A stretch of DNA of 62,632 nucleotides, the filler included, from Nemertoderma westbladi (lineage: Eukaryota; Animalia; Xenacoelomorpha): assembly GCA_032718475.1 (NCBI GenBank). It is 4 parts of 4 records of this genome, joined end to end, with 100 filler letters (N's around TTAATTAATTAA, not from the genome) between each part and the next. Parts side by side here need not be neighbours in the genome. Positions count along the whole stretch, not along the records: positions 18,475 to 41,681 come from JAUCBJ010007241.1; positions 41,782 to 58,623 come from JAUCBJ010002333.1; 2 more parts are not named here. One strand, 5' to 3'. How positions within the stretch are numbered: position 1 is the first letter of the stretch; each line of letters begins with the position of its first letter. Below are positions 39,881 to 51,000 of this stretch, piece after piece. The position numbers and the translations under genes are program-made. The notes beneath the pieces are model-generated. The model had not been told where the DNA came from and made no database searches. It saw only the letters and a list, made by a program, of their open reading frames with translations.

Positions 39881-40899
39881 ATATGAAGCCTTAAAACCAA
39901 AACCCAAGTGGAAATTAATATCAACAACACCAACAACAACAACGGAGTGAATACAAGAGGTCTCGCTACGCGGACCTAATAACGTAAGTGAGGGCATCGC
40001 ACACACCCCTGCGCTAAGGCTCACCTGGAATAAGTGACTCGCCCCACACTCACACATGAATGGCAGCCATATTTCAATGGATACTTAATGTAAATTTCTG
40101 GAGTACATAACCATTAAAAACACGGCAGATACTATTACTATACAATTTCCTTCTATCATTACTCTTCAACTAACTAATCAGAATTGAGATGAAAATATGT
40201 TTTGTCGAAATCCTTAAAAAATCACGTTATTGTGATGTATAGAGTGTAAAATGATGTTCCACATAAATGTTTTTTCGTACTTTTTAGACCACATTATTGG
40301 CCAGTTATGACGAAAACGATCGGAGAATATCTCCCGGTATTACAGTACCACTAGTATTACACGGGACTGTTACTACAAATAAAGGCTAAACTGAATCTTT
40401 GTCCTATAATAATGCAATTAGAAAGGAAAACCAAAACAGTTAGTTTAGGCTCATCGCGTAACTTCGCTTTCATATAAAGTGAAATAAAATGAAACCGGAT
40501 ATTTAAAAGGAAGGTGATGAATGGGGCTCCCTGTTTCATTGGCCGAAAGAAGCTGTAAACAGCCACACACTGATTGCATTATCAATCAGTATTTAGCCGG
40601 CGGTTAAAAGATCGTTAGGCAGTCCGCCCCCGCCGAGAAAACCAACAGTTTAATCCCAATAGCGCCTAAAGTCAGCCACAAAGGTTAAAAGGCGAGCAAA
40701 AGTATACTCATTAGAGGAAGGCAATGGTTTCCATTACATCCACCGGTAGTGTATTCTCTCATTCAAACCACAGTCTGAATGTTAATTAAGTCAGGAATGA
40801 ATTTTAATCAAATCCCTGTGAGAGCACTTTTGAATCGTACTTTATTGCGACTTGCCAGAGTACATGAGATAAAATAAGTCTGTCCAAATTACTTTCAGT

Positions 40900-41681
40900 T
40901 TCGAGCGGTTGTTTAAAATGTCTTCAAAACCGCCTATTTCGCCACCAGGTACGTCCTGAAACAAGTTTGACACGATAATTGCGTAATGGACTGATCTCAA
41001 TGATATCTCCAACTTTGTTCCAACTTTGATCTTGTATTCGTACTTCAGTTCCAATTCATAATGGTTGGAGGTCTCTCGCACTTGCGTTATAAAGGGTTAC
41101 GGTTTTGTTTATTGTTTCATCAGCAATTTTCCACCACTTGGGGTCAAACGCTGTATGGTGTATTGGAACCTTGGAACCTATATGACGACCGAACACAATT
41201 TCGTTAGGCGATATCCCAGTGTCAGTTCGTGGGGTGTTACGGAGTTCCATTAACCCCACTTGGAATTCCTCGGCGTTTATATCAGGTTTATCCATTTTTG
41301 CTAGCATATTTTTAATTTGTTTCACATATATGGTGAACTTGTAGTTAATTCTACGGGATCTACGCCCCATCGGTTTAGCAGTTGTCAGAAACTTGCTGCG
41401 TTATATTGGGGCCCATTGTCACTTCGGAATTTAGTTGGTATTCCCAGTTCGACAAAGAATTTCCTGACTACAAATCCAACTTGCTGGGATGATGGGTCGT
41501 GTTGCCACTGAGCAACTAATGGATAGCATTAGTTGCATTAATGTTACTGACGCTCACTGAAGTCCCCGTGTTTGGGTCGTCTACTGGTGACCGACTGAGA
41601 CAATCTGCTATGAGATTTTTTTTTCCTGGTTGCCATTTAATAGTAAACTGATATTTAGATTGTAGAGTTGCTTTGAAACGT
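40900..41681 (-). pseudogene. Gypsy/Ty3 LTR-retrotransposon pol remnant (RNase H end plus integrase)
   Basis: YQFTIKWQPGKKNLIADCLSR, LGIPTKFRSDNGPQY and LMELRNTPRTDTGISPNEIVFGR are classic Gypsy RH/IN motifs. Deleted, frameshifted and truncated by the gap. Confidence 0.88.
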
Positions 41682-41781
41682 NNNNNNNNNNNNNNNNNNN
41701 NNNNNNNNNNNNNNNNNNNNNNNNNTTAATTAATTAANNNNNNNNNNNNNNNNNNNNNNNNNNNNNNNNNNNNNNNNNNNN
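41682..41781. other. Assembly gap with linker
   Basis: N-run with TTAATTAATTAA. Confidence 0.98.
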
Positions 41782-42154
41782 CAACGAGGACATGTTGGAT
41801 TGAACAATCAGCCATTACTGCATTAATTCATTGGAATTTAGGTACCGATATATAATACATATATATAGGCCTAGCTGTATAACAGTAGGCCTAGTCAATC
41901 AGCTGAGAGAGGTTTATTTATTTAAGAAATTTTCATTGAAAGGCTGAAAGGTATAAAAAAAGAAATACTGGTAGTTTAAACATAGGCCTACATCATATTC
42001 TGAAGTTCTGACAGTCTGATCACCTCCTCTCACCTCTTGTCAATCAGTCAATGTCAAGTATCAATAAAACCGTAGTAGGCCCTATAGGCAGATAGGCTCT
42101 ATCTAACTGACTACAGCTACAGCACTGACTAAGCGTGAAGCGTACTAGACAATT

Positions 42155-42650
42155 ATTATTATTTTATTTAAGACACTCAGTTTAATAAACAATAAAATAT
42201 AAACAGGGGGAACACCACCTAGGTACAAATACCTAATACGAAGTTATAATTAGATATATAAAATTACACTTACAGGTGGATAAAATACACATTTAAGTAG
42301 AAAGGCAAAGGCAACAGATAAAGGGATAAACGCTAATACAAACAACAAAAATAAAACTACAAAAATGACAAACGAAATAAAACCAAGCAAACAGAGATTA
42401 TATCATCAAGTAGAAAATAAACATAATTTGTTTCGAAAGCCATTTTATAAAAATTATAAAATACCAAATTAAGTATTAAAAACTATTTGTTACCGGTAGA
42501 TTAAATATAAATAAAAACAAATAAAAAATATACTGATATACGTGGTTAATTTAAAAATTTGTTAAAATGACATTATGGTAATAGATCAACATCTTTCAAT
42601 TTATCAGTAAAAATATTTACATTTGCAGAATTGACAATTTCTTCGGGTAC
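42155..42650 (-). mobile_element. CR1/L2-type LINE 3' end fragments
   Basis: Minus-strand PEEIVNSANVNIFTDKL resembles the LP..iV.s.s...Fk.kL ORF2 terminus. A small stem-loop and AATAAA-rich tail follow. Confidence 0.45.
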
Positions 42651-43778
42651 GGTAAGTATTATTCATGTTATTAATAATTAATAAATTTTTAATAATAGTT
42701 TTTTTAGTTAGTTATATACCTAATTTATAAGTATAGCTGTATAGGCCTAAGTAAATTTTAATTAATCTATCATTTTTTAGTACGTTTTTTAAGTCAAATT
42801 ATTATTAAGCAATTATCAGATTAATGATTATTATATTACTGTATTACAGGGCATATATTTAGGAATTGTGCCATTTTTGTACAATAATAAATCACTTTGA
42901 GTTTGTGGCATTTATTACTAATTATAATTAATTAATTAATAATTAATTAGCCTACTTAAAAATTAGCAGTTTTAGTTAATTAGGCAGTTATGCAATATTA
43001 CAGTGCAATGTATGCTAATCAAGTATTGTGTTAGGTGTTAGGGGCGCGGGCGGTAGCGCTCTAACTAAATAGGTAGGGGTTTGGGCAGTTGGGTGGGAGC
43101 AGCATATTTTGAATCAAACGTCAAAATTATAAGTTAACGTTCTAAGTATTTTGTTATAGGAAGCCGGTAAATTGACCAAATTTCTAGGTGGTTTCCTCAA
43201 GGAAGCGGTAAATTGACCAAAAATACAAAAATTTTATTAGTTCCCGTATTTTACGGGAACTGCTAAAAGGACATTTAAAAAAATTTAAAATGCTGAAATG
43301 GAGGCCCCCAAACTGCCAAACAGGAACGTCCCCAATATTACAAATAGAGGCCATACCGGTAACCGTACAGCCAGGTTGGAATTCATGCATGAGCGCGCAG
43401 GTACGCTTTGTTGTTATGAGATCACCGCGCACCTGAAATTGGCTCGTCGCGCACCTCATCATCCATACAAAATCGCGCAGCTCATGTCATGCATATCTCA
43501 AAAAATCGTGCAGGTCATATGAACAATTTTACATTCCTATTTTACAGCTTTGAGCGTTTTAAGCTTATCTTAGTACGGCTGTCTGTCTGTACGTTGAATC
43601 TACATAATACATGTAATTTTTGCAACATCAAAATTGTTAATATTAAAAAATATTTTTTGAATCCACTACATTTACATTTGAAAATACATTACTCTACTGA
43701 ATAAAATTTGAATAAATATGCAATAGTTAAGTCATACTTATAATACATTGTTACTTTCTGACTTTACCTGTTTACTAA

Positions 43779-44999
43779 GGGTCCTACTAAATACTACAAA
43801 AAGCACAAAACAAGCACAAAAAAGCACAAAAAAGTCAAGAAAAGCACAAAAAAGCACAAAAAAGGTAAAAAAAGCACAAAAAAGTAAAAAAAAAGCACAA
43901 AAAAGCAAACTGATAGCTGTTTATTGAGCTTGTAATAGAACAGATGATAGAAGAAGCAATATCATGTAGTGCAGTAGTGTCTAGGCTACCGGAAGGATAA
44001 TCACATGTCCAGTATGCTTTCATGTCATAGCTGCCAGTGAGTGAGTACCAGCACGAGCACTTACAGGTACAGCCCTACCACGAGCACCCTAGTGCAATAT
44101 CAGGCTAATGTCAGTATGTAAAGATGGTTCAATTCAAATATCAGGATAGAACTTATAATACTGTAATATACTTTTTTATTGTCACATTATGTCAACTTAT
44201 CAGCGTTCTGATTAATTACTTGTAACGATGTAGCGATGTGGGAGATGTAGCGACGCAGCATAGGCGCTTGTAAACTGGATATGTCAGTGTTGACCGAAAT
44301 CGCGATTATTCTGTTATTGGAATGCCTTTGTTCACCGATAAATCGACATACTGTACAATTATCACATCACGGTCTGCCCGAACCTCTCGAGTGGGCGATC
44401 GATAACGTCTGAGGACAAGTATGATGATATTAGTCATAGTCATACTTGCAATAATCTCGCTTAGGTCGGAACTGCCTTGTCTTGTCGGAACTTATCTTAT
44501 ATGTCAATATTCTATTTTATTTTACCTTAATTGACGACCCCCATGAGTGCCTTAGATCCTTGGTGTTCTTTCCCACGATCGTAATATACTGTAGTTTTAT
44601 TAAACTATTAATCTATACTGTAGGCCTATGTGTTTGATTATGTTTTTTTTATAGTGAATTTAATTACAAATACACTTTGCAGTATTGTGGCCTTTACATA
44701 CTGTAGGTCAGAACGTTGCAAATTAATCAATCATAGGCGTATGGGTTACCTTCGTATGTGGGGGGTGTCAGGGTGTCTGTAACAATATCTCTCATATTTT
44801 CGCCTCCAGCCCCCCCCCCCCCCCCCCCATGTCTCTTGAAGTGAGAATGTTTTTTTTGTGCTTTTTTTTTACTTTTTTGTGCTTTTTTTTACTTTTTTTG
44901 TGCTTTTTTGTGCTTTTTTTGTGCTTTTTTGTGCTTTTCTTGACTTTTTTGTGCTTTTTTGTGCTTGTTTTGTGCTTTTTGTAGTATTTAGTAGGACCC
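43779..44999. mobile_element. Foldback/TIR element with 10-bp (aaaaagcaca)n inverted arms
   Basis: gggtcctactaaatactacaaaaagcac... at 43779-43910 is mirrored by ...gtgctttttgtagtatttagtaggaccc at about 44850-44999. No TSD evident. Confidence 0.8.
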
Positions 45000-45985
45000 A
45001 TTGTGGGGCGACCCATGCATTGCTGTATTGAGCGGGGGCTGACTGGCTGATCTACTGTCTGACTGTAGCTGTCTAGCAGTCAGAGAGCTGGAGAGTGGGC
45101 TATTCTGCTATTAGGCTGCAATACAATCTTATGTGTTTTAATGCAGCTTTTTGTACTGTTGTATTCAAAAAACACAAAAAACTGTCCCAAGCCCGCAAAA
45201 TTGCAGAGGGAGAACTCAATAAAGTTGCAGATAGAGGCGTACATACATCAGTACATAGCCTACAGGCCTACATACTCTGATACTGACATAACGTAGCTTA
45301 CAGTCTATTCTTCAGTAGGCTATACTGGACTGGTATATGGGCTACTTTCACTTTCTGACTTTAGGACTATGACGTATGACCTAAATTTTGAGTCTCAAGG
45401 AGTTTTATCTACCCACTGCATAGTATGTACCGGCTGACCGGTATTGCATTATGTTGTTTTATAAGAAGAGTAGCCTATTTCTACTTGTATGCCAGTATGC
45501 CAATCAAAATTTACATGAATCAAATTTCTGTCAATCATTTCATACTTGGCTTGGCACTTGGCCACAGAACCAAGGCCGCTACCCGCTAGTGATTGACACT
45601 GTACTGCTGTAGTGCTGTAGTGTGTACTGTGTAGCAGCGCATATTTCGGTGCCGTTGCATTTGCTTACATTTAATTATATTTGTATACAAGTTTAGCTGT
45701 TTAGTGTAGTGTAGTGTATACCGGTACTACACCAGTACGAGTACACTGGCAGACTGGCTGACTGGTATACACGTTTTGTATGCTTTTCTCACTCGTTTGT
45801 ACTCTTTTGTACTATTTTTGCACTCTTTTGTATTATTTTTGCACTTTATTGTACTCTTTTGTAGGCCTACTATATTGTACTATTTTGTATTTTTTTGTAC
45901 TTTTTTGTACAGATTCGTCGGACCGGTATTTGTGGATATCCGATGATATACTGATTACCGGTATGCAATATCTGAATATGCTGAT

Positions 45986-47213
45986 ATGAGTCTTCTTTGT
46001 GTTATTATTTTAACATCCTGTTTGGGTTCCTGGCTTCCTGTGCACGGCTCGCGTCTTAGCCATCCAGCCATCCTGCTGCCGTTTCGTTCCGATGGACTGA
46101 GAAGTATATTTACTATCGTTGGGGAGGACGGATGTTTCACATGGTGGTCCAACAACCCGGAGCGGGTCTCCGTCGAACCTGTCGCCGCTACAACTAAAGG
46201 TGGCGTCCAGTGCAGTCTAAATGCGGTGGTCACCGCTGTGGACACCAGTAGGAAACGCGTCAGCTCTGTCGTTTACGCTAAAGAATACAGCACCGGCGAA
46301 ATATTGAGATGCGATGTTATTATAGATAATATTTACGGGATCGATATAATCACGACGATGCGTCATTTATTCCTCGGAAATCCACCCGAAAAGATAGAAA
46401 TCCGAGCGTTCGACCAGCAAAACAACACATTTTCAACGCTAGGAGGCGTGGCTGTAGACTGGTTTATTGGGGTCTCACCTCGAATAGACGGTGGTTCTTC
46501 TACCACTGATCCACACTCCATCCTGCGGTTAATTCCCTTTGCGAAATCGAGTTATACTGTTTCCTCAGAGATAACGCATTTGGAGGAGCGTGGATCTCGT
46601 GGGAGTGTTGTCCTAGTCGAGGGATTAAAGTCGGGCTCAGTCACCGTCTCCGCGACATTCGATAAAGGCGATAACCTCAGGGTTAAATCCTCAATAATCC
46701 TTTGGGTCGTAGACAATGTAATGCTGATTCCATCCCAGTTGGTTTATCTATTGGTTAATGATAGAATCCAATACGCGTTAGCGAAGTTGCGTTCTGGTAA
46801 ACTCATCCACATCCCTATGCCGTCGACTCAGTACTCGGTTGGTTTATCTAACGACTCGGTAGTTTCCGTTAGTCCTTCTCTCTTTGTTTCTGCTGAGTTT
46901 CAGGGAACCACTCAACTCATAACCATAGACTCAACCGTGGCCCCTTCCCCTCCCTCTTCCATCCCCCATCTCCCTTCCGCCTCCATCAACGTCGTTCTTC
47001 CCAACTTCCTCCGAATTTCGTTGGCTTCCGGGGTTGCCTCAATGACCTCTGGTAACGACTACGTTGTCTTGGTAAGAGTCTACGACGATCACCGCAATCC
47101 TGTTTATCTATCTGAGTTCATCCAGATAGCTACTAAGTTTACTCTGGAGGGGTTGACTGTTGCCATGTCAACTAAGAATGGAACCTATCATCGCGTTAAA
47201 CCAAATCTTAAGG
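45986..47213 (+). CDS. NUP210: Nuclear pore membrane glycoprotein 210, coding exon 1
   Basis: Signal peptide, then PAILLPF, GCFTWWS, GEILRCDVIIDNI..IDIITTMRHLFLG.PPE...RAFD..NNTFSTL.G, which is the gp210 N-terminus. Donor AAGG|gtaaga at 47214, phase 1. Confidence 0.92.
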
Positions 47214-47337
47214 GTAAGATAGAGTTATAAAGTTTAAAGGTGGGCCTAACTAGCTGATTTAGAAAACAGGTATAATGTCCTATATGTGTAACAAAGGTAC
47301 ACGGACTCATAATTATACAATATTGCAATTATATATA

Positions 47338-47468
47338 TATGAAATGCATTAGGCCCATAAGTAGTTTTCAGATTTTGTCTGAGTCCGTATGTCAAAAGTA
47401 TAGCTTACTTTTGACATACGGACTCAGACAAAATCTAAAAACTACTTATGGGCCTAATGCATTTCATA
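47338..47468. repeat. 131-bp near-perfect palindrome (63-bp arms, 5-nt loop) in the Nup210 intron
   Basis: tatgaaatgcattaggccc...gtcaaaagta-tagct-tacttttgac...gggcctaatgcatttcata, with one mismatch seen. Confidence 0.93.
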
Positions 47469-47748
47469 CAAAATCTTCAAAGCGACAAAAGGTTTAACAA
47501 GATGTAAATTAAGGCGGTTGTGAATTGTATACGAATACAGTACTATAGTAGTGCATGTAACAGTTGGTGAGATCATTTTAGTTCGATTATCAGGTGAACA
47601 TTTTTGTGAAATTCTGTTACACATACCCTTCTCAGATAGGGGGGGGGGGGGGGGGGACTGGACGCAATAAAAATTCACCCATCAAGACTGAATTCACTTT
47701 AAAAAACACGGTGGCAGTAAATTTTCCCTAGTTACATAGGTTAGTTAA

Positions 47749-47890
47749 ACTCACCTTAGTGTAGTGGTTGGGGTTGCATTGAATTTACATCTCTCTGGAT
47801 GTCGAGGGTTCGATTCCCACATGAGGGCCAGGGCAGTTTTCGTTTCGGCACGAATGCTTGATGGGACTAACCAGGGCGCATCTCTGACTT
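47749..47890 (+). mobile_element. tRNA-derived SINE (family of 6443-6580)
   Basis: tagtgtagtggtt A box, gggttcgattccc B box, shared body. Confidence 0.7.
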
Positions 47891-48081
47891 GCATCCTTAG
47901 GTGGTAGCTCTAACTGCCGAATAAAAGTTTACTTGTTTATTTTTCTTACAACTACAATTGTTGACAAGTATCTTAAAATAATTGGTAAGTATATGTTAAA
48001 AAAATAAATGAATCGTTCAAAAACCGCCGGAATTCCGGCCGGAACGGAATTCCGGGACATCCCTAGTTTAGATATACTAAA

Positions 48082-51000
48082 TAATAGTGGAAACTTTATT
48101 ATTTGTTTAGGTAAACTAATAGTGGAAACTTTATTGTTTGTTTAGGTAAACTAATAGTGGAAACTTTATTGTTTGTTTAGGTAAACTAATAGTGGAAGCT
48201 TTATTGTTTGTTTAGGTAAACTAATAGTGGAAACTTTATTGTTTGTTTAGGTCAAGGATGTTATTACGTTACGTTACGGTATCTTTTCAGGAATACGGTT
48301 GCTCAATATTTTTCCGTAACGTAAACCGTAACGTAATAGCTTTTTCAATACCGTAACGTAATTTTACTGTATATTTTTTCCGTAAACCGTAACGTAATAG
48401 CGTAATATTTGTTTTAGCTACCAAGCAATCATTTTGGACAAAAAGTAAATCTTTCGACAAAAAACTTTCACTTTCACTTGCATGTTCTAGCTAATTCAAT
48501 ATAAAGCTAAATGCTTTTAGGTTTTGTTTGTCTTCTACACGGTCTTCTTATAGCCAGCTTCCTGGCTTCTCCGGTTATTTATGATAAAGTCCCCCTATCA
48601 ATATTGCCAAAAGCTCTTAAAAAGCTTAAAAAGCTCTTTGCCCCAAAAGTTCTACGCGCACTTCTTCAGTATAGGCCACTTAACAAATACAACAACACAA
48701 AAACAACGTAAACTACACTACATAATCTTCCAGAGTTTCAGCAACACTATTAAAATTCGACCAATCTGAAGGCGACCAAATACAGAGTTCTAGAACACAA
48801 TAAATCTCGTCCTGAGTTTCAACTCACAAAGTTTCGGAGGTAATTTCAAGATTAATAAATTCTTAGTTTATTATAACGAAAATAATAATAACGTTTTATA
48901 CCGGAGTTAAGGGAGTAAAGTTTAGTTCCCTAGCGATTAGTAGCAGTATTAACAGGACAGTAGCTCCCCGGACAGTAGCCCCCAGGGATTTTATATCACA
49001 GAAATTCCAGAATATAATATTTTTTTAATGTTTTTTAGTATTGGGTCTGGGTGAATATTCTAGAACAGTATATATATGTTTTTGTATGATAGCTACCCGT
49101 TCCCGTTCTACCAAGTCAGTCAGTACCGGTACTGTGGGCCTTGGTTCTACACAGGAATACAGAATAGTGATCAATAAAGCGGGAAATTTGAAGTTATTTT
49201 TATGTTAAGTTAATTTGCAATTTCAAAACATTGAAACTACTGTATAATTTTCCGATTTTTAGACAAAAATAGGATGAAACTTTAAATATCTGGTCCTATG
49301 GCAATCTGAACCGGTTATTACGTTACGGTATTTTCGGTAATACGCAATTATTTTTTTCGGAATACAGTAACGTAATTTAGAAATTATTCCGTAATGTAAT
49401 ATCGTAACGTAAAAAGTTCAGTTTTTCAACCGTAACGTAACGTAATACCGTATCGTAACGTAGCATAAAACATCCTTGGTTTAGGTAAACTAATAGTGGA
49501 AGCTTTATTGATTGTTTAGGTAAACTAATAGTGGAAGCTTTATTGTTTGTTTAGGTGAACTAATAGTGGAAACTTTATTGTTTGTTTAGGTAAACTAATA
49601 GTGGAAACTTTATTGTTTGTTTGGGTAAACTAATAGTGTAAACTTTATTGTTTGTTTGGGTAAACTAATAGTGGAAGCTTTATTGTTTGTTTAGGTAAAC
49701 TAATAGTGGAAGCTTTATTGTTTGTTTAGGTAAACTAATAGTGGAAGCTTTATTGTTTGTTTAGGTAAACTAATAGTGGAAGCTTTATTGTTTGTTTAGG
49801 TAAACTAATAGTGGAAGCTTTATTGTTTGTTTAGGTAAACTAATAGTGGAAGCTTTATTGTTTGTTTAGGTAAACTAATAGTGGAAGCTTTATTGTTTGT
49901 TTAGGTAAACTAATAGTGGAAGCTTTATTGTTTGTTTAGGTAAACTAATAGTGGAAGCTTTATTGTTTGTTTAGGTAAACTAATAGTGGAAGCTTTATTG
50001 TTTGTTTAGGTAAACTAATAGTGGAAACTTTATTGTTTGTTTAGGTAAACTAATAGTGGAAGCTTTATTGTTTGTTTAGGTAAACTAATAGTGGAAGCTT
50101 TATTGTTTGTTTAGGTAAACTAATAGTGGAAACTTTATTGTTTGTTTAGGTAAACTAATAGTGGAAACTTTATTGTTTGTTTAGGTAAACTAATAGTGGA
50201 AACTTTATTATTTGTTTAGGTAAACTAATAGTGGAAACTTTATTATTTGTTTAGGTAAACTAATAGTGGAAGCTTTATTGTTTGTTTAGGTAAACTAATA
50301 GTGGAAACTTTATTGTTTGTTTAGGTAAACTAATAGTAGAAACTTTATTGTTTGTTTAGGTAAACTAATAGTGGAAACTTTATTGTTTGTTTAGGTAAAC
50401 TAATAGTGCAAACTTTATTATTTGTTTAGGTAAACTAATAGTGGAAACTTTATTGTTTGTTTAGGTAAACTAATAGTGGAAACTTTATTATTTGTTTAGG
50501 TAAACTAATAGTGGAAACTTTATTGTTTGTTTGGGTAAACTAATAGTGGAAACTTTATTATTTGTTTAGGTAAACTAATAGTGGAAGCTTTATTGTTTGT
50601 TTAGGTAAACTAATAGTGGAAACTTTATTGTTTGTTTAGGTAAACTAATAGTGGAAACTTTATTGTTTGTTTAGGTAAACTAATAGTGGAAACTTTATTA
50701 TTTGTTTAGGTAAACTAATAGTGGAAACTTTATTATTTGTTTAGGTAAACTAATAGTGGAAACTTTATTATTTGTTTAGGTAAACTAATAGTGGAAACTG
50801 TATTTTTGTTTAGGTAAACTAATAGTGGAAGCTTTATTATTTGTTTAGGTAAACTAATAGTGGAAACTGTATTTTTGTTTAGGTAAACTAATAGTGGAAG
50901 CTTTATTGTTTGTTTAGGTAAACTAATAGTGGAAACTTTATTATTTGTTTAGGTAAACTAATAGTGGAAACTTTATTATTTGTTTAGGTAAACTAATAGT

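Noticed and set aside
44792-45016. Lys/His-rich histone- or protamine-like ORF
   Set aside because: Translation of the (aaaaagcaca)n arm of a foldback element.
45986-47230. Nup210 as two separate genes (414 aa and 1367 aa)
   Set aside because: Canonical phase-compatible GT-AG sites join them into one continuous gp210 frame, and the second ORF has no true ATG start.
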